Positions 30,301 through 39,393 of a stretch of DNA of 64,000 nt are shown here, one piece after another (position 1 is the first letter of the stretch; each line of letters begins with the position of its first letter). The translations under genes and the position numbers were made by a program. This DNA is from a virus. Below the pieces are notes generated by a model, which searched no databases, was not told the origin of the DNA, and was given only the letters and a program-made list of their open reading frames with translations. The stretch lies in IMG/VR virus record IMGVR_UViG_3300029822_000005. One strand, written 5' to 3'.

Positions 30301-30821
30301 GCATGTGGTTTATGCAAGGTACAGATACATCCGGAACAGCCATATTATTAAATTCAAGTGGCAGCGTTGTAAGTACACTTACTATAGGTGGTGCAGGAAT
30401 GTTTTTTCATGCATCCAAAAACTATATAATGAGACAAACATATCCTGCGCAGAATATAGAAATAACCAATAAATCAGGAACGGTTATAACAACAATATCG
30501 ACTACTTATTATGGAACAGGACTTTTGGGATGTATAAATGAATATCATAGTTTAATTTTCTTTATCCACTCTGCTACTTGCGATATTTATAATTTAAGTG
30601 GAACATTACTTTATAGCGTTACAGTTCCTAATATTAGCACTGGTTATAGTGCTAATTTATTAATACCTTGTAAAGGTGGAGCAATATTACTATTTGATAA
30701 TGGTGAAAATACTTCTATATCTACGATTTCCACTGTAGGTACTGTTACTACACGAACCCTCACTAAAACCGATAGTAAAGAAAATAAAGTATATGGCGTG
30801 CTATTAAATGCATTAATTTAG
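27372..30821 (+). CDS. Long mosaic tail fibre / receptor-binding protein
   Basis: Repeated fibre units, TPRTISLTGD/AGTYTKLTIDAKGRV repeat, pyocin-knob-like segment, CBM-like NLLSNGSF domain. Confidence 0.85.
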   Translation: MAKKIVFSDRVAQYPSRYSVGDLGGGLYSIEASPGTISTEGTAISASNLNAMADEVIFKLKDTSSSTTTYTTSLTGLSTYYEGLTILFKPTNTNTGASTINISGIGAVSIKKTNNSGTIVDLAINDLIKNKYYTMTYDGTEFLMNNPSADLAQVITDIQNVEDRLDTDETNIANLKKETIKLAVLTGSNNAYGATISTVTSYTTGLNIDIIPNVANTGACTLNVNGLGAKNLTYNGVALTNGFLQANKIYRTIYNGMSFEIQPSSSFTPTNNGLVQTNLIAEQASKLQTPRTISLTGDATGSTPFDGSANKSITVVLANSGATAGTYTKLTIDAKGRVISATNLSAADIPNLDWSKIASGKPTTLAGYGVTDAVSKYIILPSGTDLNTVVTSGFYGLDATSPNYTNLPPNSNVSYGQLIVSRGSDTVFQIITGYNNNEYYMRQGAKGGGTDTNFTTWQPWRRIWHDGNFDPDTKTKRFILTGQLQNNSYVKSVIALCELTNTNPNFNSYSSGIISFHRFDGTTGGEINSLYVGAEKKYNTSIMNYFGLGLGKNIENLRPCTFTYNGKKYGGVEFYFAAQQSETIEFNGSSNFGIFGLDYYNTNTSTVLNQEIYDSLEFDTTVNKLPNLVYNNEKVITHEEQGGINLLSNGSFDNGLNSWTKNNTATLSIISDEKFSKCCKIVTSVQGGGIYNSSPSAIKNDAGTYVYSAWLKADAPLTIAFGLDNNRQTITLTTEWTRYYFIQNKNPGANNILSIFSWDTSGSTVTFYVANAQVETGTMITDWKPSVEDNKTYSDNKILSLGTTTNSGNAYTLTAPTGFTLQDGQLIVMKFNAASSGAITINVGGTGAKSVKDYFGNSITNVRANLPANLVYESTSDSFILLGKGGGGDATEPQLLIGKKATVDTGPIVGTMPNNGSVGGTITTEGESITIPLGYTTGGTVTANYKEKQDIFNYLVNIPSGTDYNQLTPLGFTKGEGMWFMQGTDTSGTAILLNSSGSVVSTLTIGGAGMFFHASKNYIMRQTYPAQNIEITNKSGTVITTISTTYYGTGLLGCINEYHSLIFFIHSATCDIYNLSGTLLYSVTVPNISTGYSANLLIPCKGGAILLFDNGENTSISTISTVGTVTTRTLTKTDSKENKVYGVLLNALI

Positions 30822-30836
30822 GAAGGTGAGAAGTAA

Positions 30837-31181
30837 ATGAAATATATAAAAATAAATAATTTTTGGAATCAATTTAATCAACCTGATTATAAAGGGTTAG
30901 ATATAGATAAATTTATAGCCGGAAGTCAAAGGTGCAATTTATTTATAACATACTCTGTATGTGCAACAAATGAGGAATTAACATCATTACTAATAGATGT
31001 AGAAGAAATTACAGAAGAACAATATAAAATAGAGACTCAAAATATACAGAATATAAATCAACAGCCTAGTCAAAATGAAGTTTTAGCCCAAACCGTAGCA
31101 AATTTAACTCTCCAAAATGCAGATCTGGCAAGCCAGGTCGAAACACTAAGTCAAACAATTGCACAAATGCAATTAGGATAA
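30837..31181 (+). CDS. Putative tail fibre assembly protein
   Basis: Follows fibre gene; C-terminal coiled coil. Confidence 0.5.
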   Translation: MKYIKINNFWNQFNQPDYKGLDIDKFIAGSQRCNLFITYSVCATNEELTSLLIDVEEITEEQYKIETQNIQNINQQPSQNEVLAQTVANLTLQNADLASQVETLSQTIAQMQLG

Positions 31182-31196
31182 GAAAGGATGATATAA

Positions 31197-31337
31197 ATGA
31201 GTAAATATTTTAATTTTTGGAGCATGGTTTATAAGAATAGTTGGGTAAATTTAGATATGGTAAAACAGGCAACAAGTAAAAGTATTATAACTACAGATGA
31301 ATTTAAAACCATAACCGGCCAGGATTATACAGAATAG
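31197..31337 (+). CDS. XkdX-family protein
   Basis: 46 aa ending ITTDEFKTITGQDYTE. Confidence 0.8.
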   Translation: MSKYFNFWSMVYKNSWVNLDMVKQATSKSIITTDEFKTITGQDYTE

Positions 31338-31418
31338 ACCATAAGGCAAAATAGGAGCTAGAGATAGCTTTACATACTTAGGGTTATGAATTTCTTCATA
31401 GCTCTTTTATTTTTCTAA

Positions 31419-31820
31419 ATCTGCAATATATACGGAATTAAAATTGAATGTGCGTGGGTGCAAATGTGTTTAGAAACTAATTTTTTAAGATATTCAGATA
31501 CATCTATAACTACTTTGGATATGCACAATTACGCTGGTCTAGGTGCTATAGATGGAAACGGAAGAAGAGAAGCATTAAGTTTTAATACAGAGGATGAAGG
31601 TGTTAAATGTCATATTCAACATTTATATGCTTATTGTAGTACTAATCCTATACCTGGTAATGAAACATTGATAGATCCAAGATTTCAACTTGTTACGAGA
31701 GGAATCGCTCCCAATATTGAAAACTTGGGTAATGGTAACTGGGCAAGCGATAAAGAATATGCAAGTAAATTAATAAATTTATTAAATCAATTATTAAATG
31801 TAAAACAAGGAGGGGAATCT
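31419..31820 (+). pseudogene. 5'-truncated glucosaminidase (GH73-like) domain, in frame with the amidase
   Basis: ICNIYGI..ECAWVQMCLETNFL...HNYAGLG...EGVKCHIQHLYAY...DPRF...WASDKEY; in-frame TAA at 31416-31418, no SD or start for the N-terminus. Confidence 0.6.
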
Positions 31821-32591
31821 ATGGTAATAACTTATGATTTTGGACATGGTTGTGGTGCAGATAGAGGGGCAGAAGGTTATTTGAATGAAGAGGCAATAGT
31901 TAGAGAATACGGAGCCAATGCAGTATCAAAACTCAAAACATTAGGACATACATTATATGATTGTACACCGCCAGCAAGTTTAAATTTAACCTTAGCACAA
32001 AGTTTAGCTTATAGAGTTAATAAAGCTAATTCTTATAATTCACAATTGCATCTATGCTTTCATGTCAACGCCTTTAAAACAGATGTGGCTACAGGTTGCG
32101 AGGTTGAATATGCCAGTGCCGCAGGACAGGCTTATGCAGAAAGGGTATCATCTGAAATTTCTACAGCTTTGGGACTAACAAATAGAGGTGCAAAACGTCA
32201 AGGTGATTTATATGTGCTTAAATACACGAGCATGGTCGCAATCTTGATTGAACCTTTTTTCTGTGATACCAAAGCAGACTGTGACAAATACAACGCTGAA
32301 AAATTAGCTACTGCAATAGTGAAAGGAATCACTGGAATAGATACTTCAACGCAGAGCAATTCAGCTACTCAACCAATAGTACAAACAGCTCCAACCTATG
32401 AGGAAACTGTACCTACAGGGTCAAATATTTGGCAGATACCAGGGACGCCTTTTTATATTGAAAAAAGAACTGACGGAGATATGGCTATTCACTTAGATAG
32501 AGGGAATTATTTCGTTATTCGTAAAGGCGGAGCGCCAGAGGTATATTGGAATAATAACCAAGGAGCAGGTGGATCTAAAAGATTATTTTAA
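31821..32591 (+). CDS. Endolysin, N-acetylmuramoyl-L-alanine amidase (Amidase_3)
   Basis: DFGHG, E, LCFHVNA, GCEV, ILIEPFFCD Zn-amidase motifs; own GGAGGGG SD. Confidence 0.9.
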   Translation: MVITYDFGHGCGADRGAEGYLNEEAIVREYGANAVSKLKTLGHTLYDCTPPASLNLTLAQSLAYRVNKANSYNSQLHLCFHVNAFKTDVATGCEVEYASAAGQAYAERVSSEISTALGLTNRGAKRQGDLYVLKYTSMVAILIEPFFCDTKADCDKYNAEKLATAIVKGITGIDTSTQSNSATQPIVQTAPTYEETVPTGSNIWQIPGTPFYIEKRTDGDMAIHLDRGNYFVIRKGGAPEVYWNNNQGAGGSKRLF

Positions 32592-32616
32592 TTATAAAAA
32601 ATATTAGGAGGCAAAT

Positions 32617-33057
32617 ATGGGAAATCAATTGATAAACATAATATTAAATGGAGTTTTAAGTATTCTTGGAGCGTTAGCTTCTTATGCTGTTACTGTGGGG
32701 ATAGCTTATCTTAAAAAGAAAAAAGAATCTCTTGTTAAACAAATAGGGGTAGAACAATATAATAAATGCTATAACATTGCAAAAGATGTTTATTATATTG
32801 TAGAACAGCAATTTAAGTTTATTCCACAAGCAGGAGAACAAAAAAAGAAGGAATTTGATAATCTCTTAATTAAAAAAATTCCTGGTATATCACAAGAAGA
32901 AATTAATCATTTTAGAGAAGCTATTTGTGGGAAAATCAATACAGAACTTAAAGATTCTAAACTTGCAGCGCCGGTTTTTAATTCCGAAACCGATAGTGCA
33001 GATGCCCAGAATATTATACAACAAGATGCTCAAACAACAGAACCTACAGAGAGTTAA
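32617..33057 (+). CDS. Holin, LL-H-like
   Basis: N-terminal TM; IAKDVYYIVEQ...GEQKKKEF motif. Confidence 0.7.
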   Translation: MGNQLINIILNGVLSILGALASYAVTVGIAYLKKKKESLVKQIGVEQYNKCYNIAKDVYYIVEQQFKFIPQAGEQKKKEFDNLLIKKIPGISQEEINHFREAICGKINTELKDSKLAAPVFNSETDSADAQNIIQQDAQTTEPTES

Positions 33058-33134
33058 TTTACATATTTTAGAATTTATGCAATAAAAGTAAAAAGGCATT
33101 ACAATTAAATAAGAAAATCTAAGGAGGTAAAAAT

Positions 33135-33464
33135 ATGGGAAATAAAAACAAATATTTCATAGCTTTAATAATCATAATTGCTATCCTCCTTGGATTGATA
33201 ATAGGACAAAGTATCTCCGATTATAAAAATAAGTCTGTAAATCAAAGTCAGAATGTTAATATTAACACTTCCACTACACCTGATATACCTAAAATAAACT
33301 TAAATACAGCTACACAAAGGGAATTAGAAAGCTTAGACGGTATTGGAAAAGTAAAGGCACTTAAAATCATAGAAAATAGGCCTTATACAAATGTTTCACA
33401 ATTATTAAATGTAATAGGAGAAACAACATATTCAAAAACAGAGGATCAAGTGGAGGTGAAATAA
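33135..33464 (+). CDS. ComEA-like helix-hairpin-helix DNA-binding membrane protein
   Basis: N-terminal TM then INLNTATQRELESLDGIGKVKALKII. Confidence 0.8.
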   Translation: MGNKNKYFIALIIIIAILLGLIIGQSISDYKNKSVNQSQNVNINTSTTPDIPKINLNTATQRELESLDGIGKVKALKIIENRPYTNVSQLLNVIGETTYSKTEDQVEVK

Positions 33465-33815
33465 ATGAATTTAAGCTATGATTTGATTGCAAAAGCAGGA
33501 AGCTTTACAGTATTAGCTCTTATGCTTTTCTTCTTAATGAAAAATTATATAGATTCCCAAAACAAGCAACAAGAAGCATATAAAAATTTGGTAGAGAATG
33601 TACGGAATGAAAGTAAAGAAAGAGAAGAAAAATTAATGGTCCAGTTAGATAAATGTACAAATAGTTTACAGGATAATACGGAAAGCTTAAAAGAAATAAG
33701 CAAAAACATGAAAGTTATACCTAAAATTCAAGAGGAACTTAAAGCAATTCCTGTTATGCAAGAAGATATAAGTTATCTAAAAAACAGAATAACTAAAGAT
33801 AAGGTGTTTAATTAA
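33465..33815 (+). CDS. BhlA/UviB-like holin-type protein
   Basis: Single N-terminal TM; RNESKEREEKLM coiled coil. Confidence 0.55.
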   Translation: MNLSYDLIAKAGSFTVLALMLFFLMKNYIDSQNKQQEAYKNLVENVRNESKEREEKLMVQLDKCTNSLQDNTESLKEISKNMKVIPKIQEELKAIPVMQEDISYLKNRITKDKVFN

Positions 33816-33853
33816 AGAAAGTTCAGTATAAATGCTCAATAACACAACAAAAT

Positions 33854-33909
33854 AAAACCTGTCTTTTATAAGTAATTGCTACAGGAATTCGATATAAAAG
33901 ACAGGTTTT
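33854..33909. other. Perfect 17-bp inverted repeat with 22-bp spacer; candidate attP and/or bidirectional terminator
   Basis: AAAACCTGTCTTTTATA (33854-33870) / TATAAAAGACAGGTTTT (33893-33909) directly downstream of the integrase. Confidence 0.5.
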
Positions 33910-33914
33910 TATCA

Positions 33915-35492
33915 TTAAAGTTTTAATTTTAAACCTATACGTTTCCCGTCCCATACAACCTCTTTGACAACACTTCTTATTAATTCCTTTTTACGATCTA
34001 TATCTAAGTTTTTTATATCTGCACTTAAATATTTTATGTTTCCAAATGCAAAATAAAAATCCTTTTCCCTTTGTTTATACAAAAACGTTTTATCTTCAAA
34101 TTCGGAAATTTGTTTTTCTAGAGATTGTATTTCTAAATCCAAACTTTCTATTTTTTTAATTATATATTTACTTGCCACAGAATTTTCAGCATCTATTAAT
34201 TTTATGGTCAATTTTTCTATATCGTCTTTATTCTGCTTTATTTTGATTTTCATTTTTTTTATATTTATTTCATTATCCGGTACGTTTGAATTTTTAGAAT
34301 ATTCTTTGTATATTTTGTTAAGCTTGTCCTCGTTTTGCGAAATATCTATAATTCTATTCAGTACAAACTCATCTGTCTTTCTACCATTTAAATTTTTTAT
34401 AGAACAATCTATTCCGCGTGTATTTACTTTTTTGTAACATCTATAATAAAAAATATCTTTCTTTCCTTCTTTGTATTCGTATGATATTTTCATATTACTA
34501 CCACAATTAGCACATTTTAATAAACCTCCTAACAACGCAGTGCCAGAGGTTCCTTGTCTCGGATATTTACTATAGTTAGCTTTAAGTAACCTTTGGACTT
34601 TAACCCATGCGGAACCTTGAATTATTCCTTCATGTTTCCCAATAGAAATTATCCAATTGCTAGTGGGTTTTAATATGCTTGTTTTGTTGCTAAAAGTTCT
34701 ATCGTATGATGTTACTCCTTTTGACATGTTATTCTTAAACTCTTCTTCACTATTACATATAATCATTTTTGTTTCTACAGCATAATTATAAAAATCCAGA
34801 TCTGCAATACAATAGACTGGATTTTTCAGGGTAAAAGAAAGAACATTATATGCAAAATTATTTCCGTTTTTTCTTCTTACGTTATGTTCAAGGCACCATT
34901 TTGAAGTAGCATATATAGAACCTTTTTCTATATATGTGTTATATATTTTTTTGATTATGTTCGCATCCGCGGGTTCTAATTTCAAATATGTATTTTTAGC
35001 ACTTCCTACTCTTGTATATCCAAGTGGTACTTTTCCTCCTAACCACTTACCATTTTTCGCAAGTTCAATCATATTATCTCTAATACGTTCAGCGATAGTT
35101 TCTCTTTCCAATTGAGCAAAAACAGAGGCTATATATACCATAGCCTTTCCCATAGGTGTTGAAGTGTCAAATTGTTCTTTAATGCTTATAAAAGCTACAT
35201 TATATTGTTCTAATAATTCCAGTGTGGTGGAAAAGTCAGCAACATTTCTGCTTATCCTATCTAATCTATAGCACATTAAAATATTAAATTTTTTATTTTT
35301 TATATCTTTAATTAATTTTTGAAAGTTAGGTCTGTTTGTATTTCCTCCCGAGAACCCTTCATCTTCGTATAAAAATGTGTTTGAATCTTTATAATTTTTT
35401 GATATGTATTCTTTACACATTTGTATTTGATTTTCTATAGATTCAGAACCTTCAATAAATTTTGATTTTCTACTATATATCGCTACATTCAT
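33915..35492 (-). CDS. Large serine recombinase (integrase)
   Basis: VAIYSRKS, YEDEGFSG.NTNRP, YRLDRISR, FAQLERETIAERI, recombinase domain, Zn ribbon CANC...C, coiled coil. Confidence 0.95.
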   Translation of the reverse strand: MNVAIYSRKSKFIEGSESIENQIQMCKEYISKNYKDSNTFLYEDEGFSGGNTNRPNFQKLIKDIKNKKFNILMCYRLDRISRNVADFSTTLELLEQYNVAFISIKEQFDTSTPMGKAMVYIASVFAQLERETIAERIRDNMIELAKNGKWLGGKVPLGYTRVGSAKNTYLKLEPADANIIKKIYNTYIEKGSIYATSKWCLEHNVRRKNGNNFAYNVLSFTLKNPVYCIADLDFYNYAVETKMIICNSEEEFKNNMSKGVTSYDRTFSNKTSILKPTSNWIISIGKHEGIIQGSAWVKVQRLLKANYSKYPRQGTSGTALLGGLLKCANCGSNMKISYEYKEGKKDIFYYRCYKKVNTRGIDCSIKNLNGRKTDEFVLNRIIDISQNEDKLNKIYKEYSKNSNVPDNEINIKKMKIKIKQNKDDIEKLTIKLIDAENSVASKYIIKKIESLDLEIQSLEKQISEFEDKTFLYKQREKDFYFAFGNIKYLSADIKNLDIDRKKELIRSVVKEVVWDGKRIGLKLKL

Positions 35493-35923
35493 TTTTCTAC
35501 ATCCTTATTATTTTCTTTTACATCTTCCCCAAATATAGTAGATGCTATTTTTTCCATTTTTATTTCGAGTTCTTTCATTTCTTTCATTTTTTCATCCATT
35601 TCTGTATAGGTCATTCCATTCGGGAATTTATAAGTATGTAAAATCATTTTCTCAAAAGCAGATACATCACCCGTATTTATCATATCTTTGTTCATTGTTT
35701 TTTTCTTTAAATATTCCTCTTGACCAAGGAGGTATTCAACAGTTGTGTCTAATGCTAAAGCAATGTTCATTGCGTTTTCTACACTCATGGTACTTCTGCT
35801 GTTTTCTACGGCATTTATTAGACTAGAACTAACTCCTGCTAATTCACCTAATCCTCTTGTACTTAATTTTTTGTTCTTCCTTTCTTGCGCTAATCTTTCA
35901 GCAAATATCTTATCATAGTTCAT
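35489..35923 (-). CDS. CI-like XRE repressor
   Basis: RLAQERKNKKLSTRGLGELAGVSSSLINAVEN; divergent from cro-like gene. Confidence 0.85.
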   Translation of the reverse strand: MNYDKIFAERLAQERKNKKLSTRGLGELAGVSSSLINAVENSRSTMSVENAMNIALALDTTVEYLLGQEEYLKKKTMNKDMINTGDVSAFEKMILHTYKFPNGMTYTEMDEKMKEMKELEIKMEKIASTIFGEDVKENNKDVEK

Positions 35924-36215
35924 ATATTATTATCTCCTTTTTATATTCATATGGTATATTGTACGCATTTATACAATGTAAACATTATATAGTTTAAATT
36001 TTTAAACTTCAAGCCTAAAAATAACTAAAATTGTCTAAAATTTTAGACAAAACGTACATTATTTAATACATTCTTTATTTTTCTTAGAAATACTCTGGAT
36101 TTTAAATTTGATTGTTTGTACAAAATATTATACACTATATTTACGGACATTTCATAAATTGTACATTCTAATTTTTCCTGTCCAATATTTTGTACATAAA
36201 GGAGGTGAATATATT
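35924..36215. promoter_or_regulatory. Lysis/lysogeny switch region with operators
   Basis: Perfect palindrome TTGTCTAAAATTTTAGACAA (36031-36050); inverted pair TGTACAAAATATT (36117-36129) / AATATTTTGTACA (36184-36196). Confidence 0.65.
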
Positions 36216-36419
36216 GTGAGTTTAGGTTTGGCTATAAAAATGGCCAGGATACAAAATAAATTAACTCAAAAAGATGTAGCACAAGAAATTAAAATAAGCA
36301 GCCAATATCTATCCGAGATAGAATGTGATAAAAGAATACCTAGTTACCTCATTGCAAAAAAGTTACAGGTATTCTTTCCAAATTCTACAATACTTAAAGA
36401 ATATGAAATCCTTATTTAA
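36216..36419 (+). CDS. Cro-like XRE regulator
   Basis: GTG after AGGAGG; IKMARIQNKLTQKDVAQEIKISSQYLSEIE. Confidence 0.85.
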   Translation: MSLGLAIKMARIQNKLTQKDVAQEIKISSQYLSEIECDKRIPSYLIAKKLQVFFPNSTILKEYEILI

Positions 36420-36481
36420 TTAATTTAAGTTTAACAATTTTTTAAAATTAGTCAATGGTTTTAAATGGAAAGGAGATAGCT

Positions 36482-37621
36482 ATGGAAGGTGTGCTTATTT
36501 ATCCAGACATTCCAAATGCAAAAGAAATTATTTCTGCAAACTTTACAGAAGCAATGTTTAATGTATTTGCAGATGATTTCGAAAATGGAGGAATATTAAT
36601 GAAAAAATTAAATGGATTATTAGAAAAAGAAAAGGATGTTTTAAAGAAATTTAAGGATTATAACAACAAGAAGATAAAAGAGTGCCACAAAAGCAAAAAT
36701 CAAGAATATTCCAAGGGTTATATAGATGCTCTTAAGGAACAAAACAGTATTTTAGATAAGCAATTAAAAATACTGAACGAGGTGAATTATGGAAACTAAC
36801 TACAGTATGGAAGAAATAGTGTCTATTCTTAGGCACAATTTCTACCTATATTATAAAACATTTGGAGCTACAGATTATAGGACAGAATACGCATACAAAG
36901 AATGGAAGGAAACCTTAATAGGTTTATTAGAAGAAAAGAGGTTGGGCAGATGAATTTGTTAGGTACTGCAACACTTCATATTTACAGTTTAATTCTTGTC
37001 TCTAGTCTATTGGCTGTATGGATTAAGAAGTGTATTCAAACAAAAGGTAAAGATTTTAAGTGTGTTTTCTTAATTCCGATTTTTTTATATCTAATTAATT
37101 TATAGGAGGGTGAAACTGTGAGAGAAGGAAAAGTGGAAAAGCCTGTTTTTGACATAGATTATAAAGGCATGGTCTACGATATTGACACTTATGAGACAGT
37201 CTGTGAAGATATTACAACACTTACAGACGAACAGGCTTTAAATTTAAGGAGGGAAAACTGTGGAGATTACTAATAATACAGCGTTTGTTTTAGGATTTTT
37301 GAAAAGTCTTAAAAATTCTAATAACACCGATATTAAAATATGCTCTGGGGAATCAAAAGAAGATTTTGAAAGAGGATACAACAGGGCAGTTATAAGCAGG
37401 GCAGAAAAACAAAACAGGATCTTAGATAGTTTTATTAAAGAACTGGAGGGAATGGAATGTTAACAGAATATTTAATGCAAAGTGTTGCTCGTAAGCCAAT
37501 TATGGTTTGTAGTATATGCGGTGAACTTATTTACGAAAATGATTCTTATTATGTGATTGAAGAACAGAATGTTTGTGAATGTTGTATAAACGCCTTTAGA
37601 AGAATAGCAGAGGGGGAATAA
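36482..37621 (+). other. Cluster of small early hypothetical ORFs (36482..36799, 36950..37105, 37118..37273, 37260..37463 and a small Cys-rich ORF)
   Basis: Tightly packed ORFs with SDs; no recognisable domains. Confidence 0.5.
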
Positions 37622-37623
37622 GT

Positions 37624-38118
37624 GTGGATAAATTATATGAAATTTCTGAAAGATATAAAAATTTAGAAGAGCTTTTAGACAATCCGGATCTAGAAAATAT
37701 GAAAGAAGAGATTGAAAAATCTTTAGATGCAGTAAACGAAGAGTTTGATTTAAAAGCTGAAAATATTACAAAATTTATTAAATCTAAAGAAGTATATGTA
37801 TTAGGATTAAAAGAAGAAATAGAAAGATTACAGGCTAGAAAGAAAACAGAAGAAAATCAAATTCTGAATTTAAAGTCCTATTTATTTGAGCATATGAGAG
37901 CTTTAAACAAACAAAAAATCAAAGGCAATCTATTTACCCTCTCACTTCAGAATAATCCTGCTAGCATAGCTATAAATAACGAGAATGTTATCCCTGGTAA
38001 ATATAGGATACCTCAACCAGATAAGATTGATAAAAAAGCTATATTGAATGATTTGAAACAGAATATAAAAATAGATGGTGTTGAAATGAAACAAGGTCAA
38101 GGATTAAGAATTAGATAG
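37624..38118 (+). CDS. Siphovirus Gp157-family protein
   Basis: KLYEISERY, KAENI, LSLQNNP, QPDKIDKKAI motifs. Confidence 0.85.
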   Translation: MDKLYEISERYKNLEELLDNPDLENMKEEIEKSLDAVNEEFDLKAENITKFIKSKEVYVLGLKEEIERLQARKKTEENQILNLKSYLFEHMRALNKQKIKGNLFTLSLQNNPASIAINNENVIPGKYRIPQPDKIDKKAILNDLKQNIKIDGVEMKQGQGLRIR

Positions 38119-38120
38119 AG

Positions 38121-38858
38121 GTGATGGGCTTGAAAGAAATAAGGCTTTTAAAAGCCAGTGAGATAGAAGTGCGTGTACAGTCTGTTAAAAAGACAACCAA
38201 GAGTGTCGGAGCTATATTACTACTCTATAAAAATGCTAGAGTAGATATGAATATCCTTGATGAAATATATGGTCCTACAGGATGGCAGAGGGAACATGAA
38301 TTGATAAACGGTAACTTGTTCTGTACTATTTCTATATGGGATGATGAAAAAAAACAATGGATAAAAAAACAAGATGTAGGAGTGGAAAGTTATACAGAAA
38401 AAGAAAAGGGCCAAGCAAGTGACAGCTTCAAAAGGGCGGGGTTCAATGTTGGAATAGGCAGAGAACTTTATACAGCACCTTTTATATGGATTAATTTGAA
38501 CGAAGGAGAGTATAACAAAACAACAGACACTAGAACTAAAAAAGATAAATATAATCTATCACCTATTATAAAATTCAATGTTAAGTCTATTGAGTATAAC
38601 GAAGATAAGGAAATCAGCAAATTAGAAATTCAAGATAATCATAATAAAATTAGATATACACTTAGCAAAAACACAATACAAACTAATACTGCAACCAATA
38701 CTACCAAACCTGCTGTAACAGGTTCCAAGACTTCTTTCACACTTAAATGTGAAAAGTGCGGAATGGAGATTTCAGAAAAGGTTGCAAATTACAGTAAAAG
38801 TAAAATTGGTAATGCATTGTGTATGAATTGCCAAAGTGCATATCAGAAAAATAAATAA
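38121..38858 (+). CDS. Single-strand annealing recombinase (Rad52/Sak3-like) with C-terminal Zn finger
   Basis: LLLYKNARVDMNILDE, KQDVG, EKGQASDSFKRA..GIGRELY; CEKC...CMNC. Confidence 0.75.
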   Translation: MMGLKEIRLLKASEIEVRVQSVKKTTKSVGAILLLYKNARVDMNILDEIYGPTGWQREHELINGNLFCTISIWDDEKKQWIKKQDVGVESYTEKEKGQASDSFKRAGFNVGIGRELYTAPFIWINLNEGEYNKTTDTRTKKDKYNLSPIIKFNVKSIEYNEDKEISKLEIQDNHNKIRYTLSKNTIQTNTATNTTKPAVTGSKTSFTLKCEKCGMEISEKVANYSKSKIGNALCMNCQSAYQKNK

Positions 38859-38981
38859 TTAAACAATTTTTATTATAAACCATGCAGGGCCATTCTAGCA
38901 AGTTTTCATGTTAGACATATAATTATATGTTTTTAAAGTAAAGTGTATCTTAAATAGTACCTGTGTGGTTATAGGAGGTAT

Positions 38982-39329
38982 TTGGAAATGAAAGTAAAAC
39001 CTTTTATTACGGAAGAGACTGGGAAAATCTTTGGAGATGTTATTGAAATTAATCCCGAAGAACTTTATATAAAACCAATTTACAACTATGAAAGTCAAAA
39101 CATTTGTTATTATGCAGTGTGTTCTAATCTTAACAACGTAGAGGTAGAACTGTGTAAATATGGAGATACAGAAGAAATAAAGGGCATCCCTTGTGCTAGA
39201 GATATGATTGAAATATTATTCTTACACAAGTATGATACAGAGCCTTTTGCAATGCTTAACCAACAGGAAGTTATACAATGGCATAAGGGCATAAATAAAC
39301 TTTGTAAGGCAATAAAAGAGAGCAAATAA
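38982..39329 (+). CDS. Hypothetical protein
   Basis: AGGAGG SD; 115 aa. Confidence 0.55.
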   Translation: MEMKVKPFITEETGKIFGDVIEINPEELYIKPIYNYESQNICYYAVCSNLNNVEVELCKYGDTEEIKGIPCARDMIEILFLHKYDTEPFAMLNQQEVIQWHKGINKLCKAIKESK

Positions 39330-39393
39330 AAACCTATAGAGTGTGATGTATAATATATTGCACTCTAAGAATTAAATTTTAGGGGGAATAAAA

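Noticed and set aside
27372-31337. Diversity-generating retroelement or invertible tail-fibre cassette
   Set aside because: No reverse transcriptase, no adenine-variant TR/VR pair and no adjacent invertase seen.
36008-36018. 11-nt match TTCAAGCCTAA between the switch region and the omegaRNA (10256-10266)
   Set aside because: The match is to scaffold, not guide, and is short enough to occur by chance.
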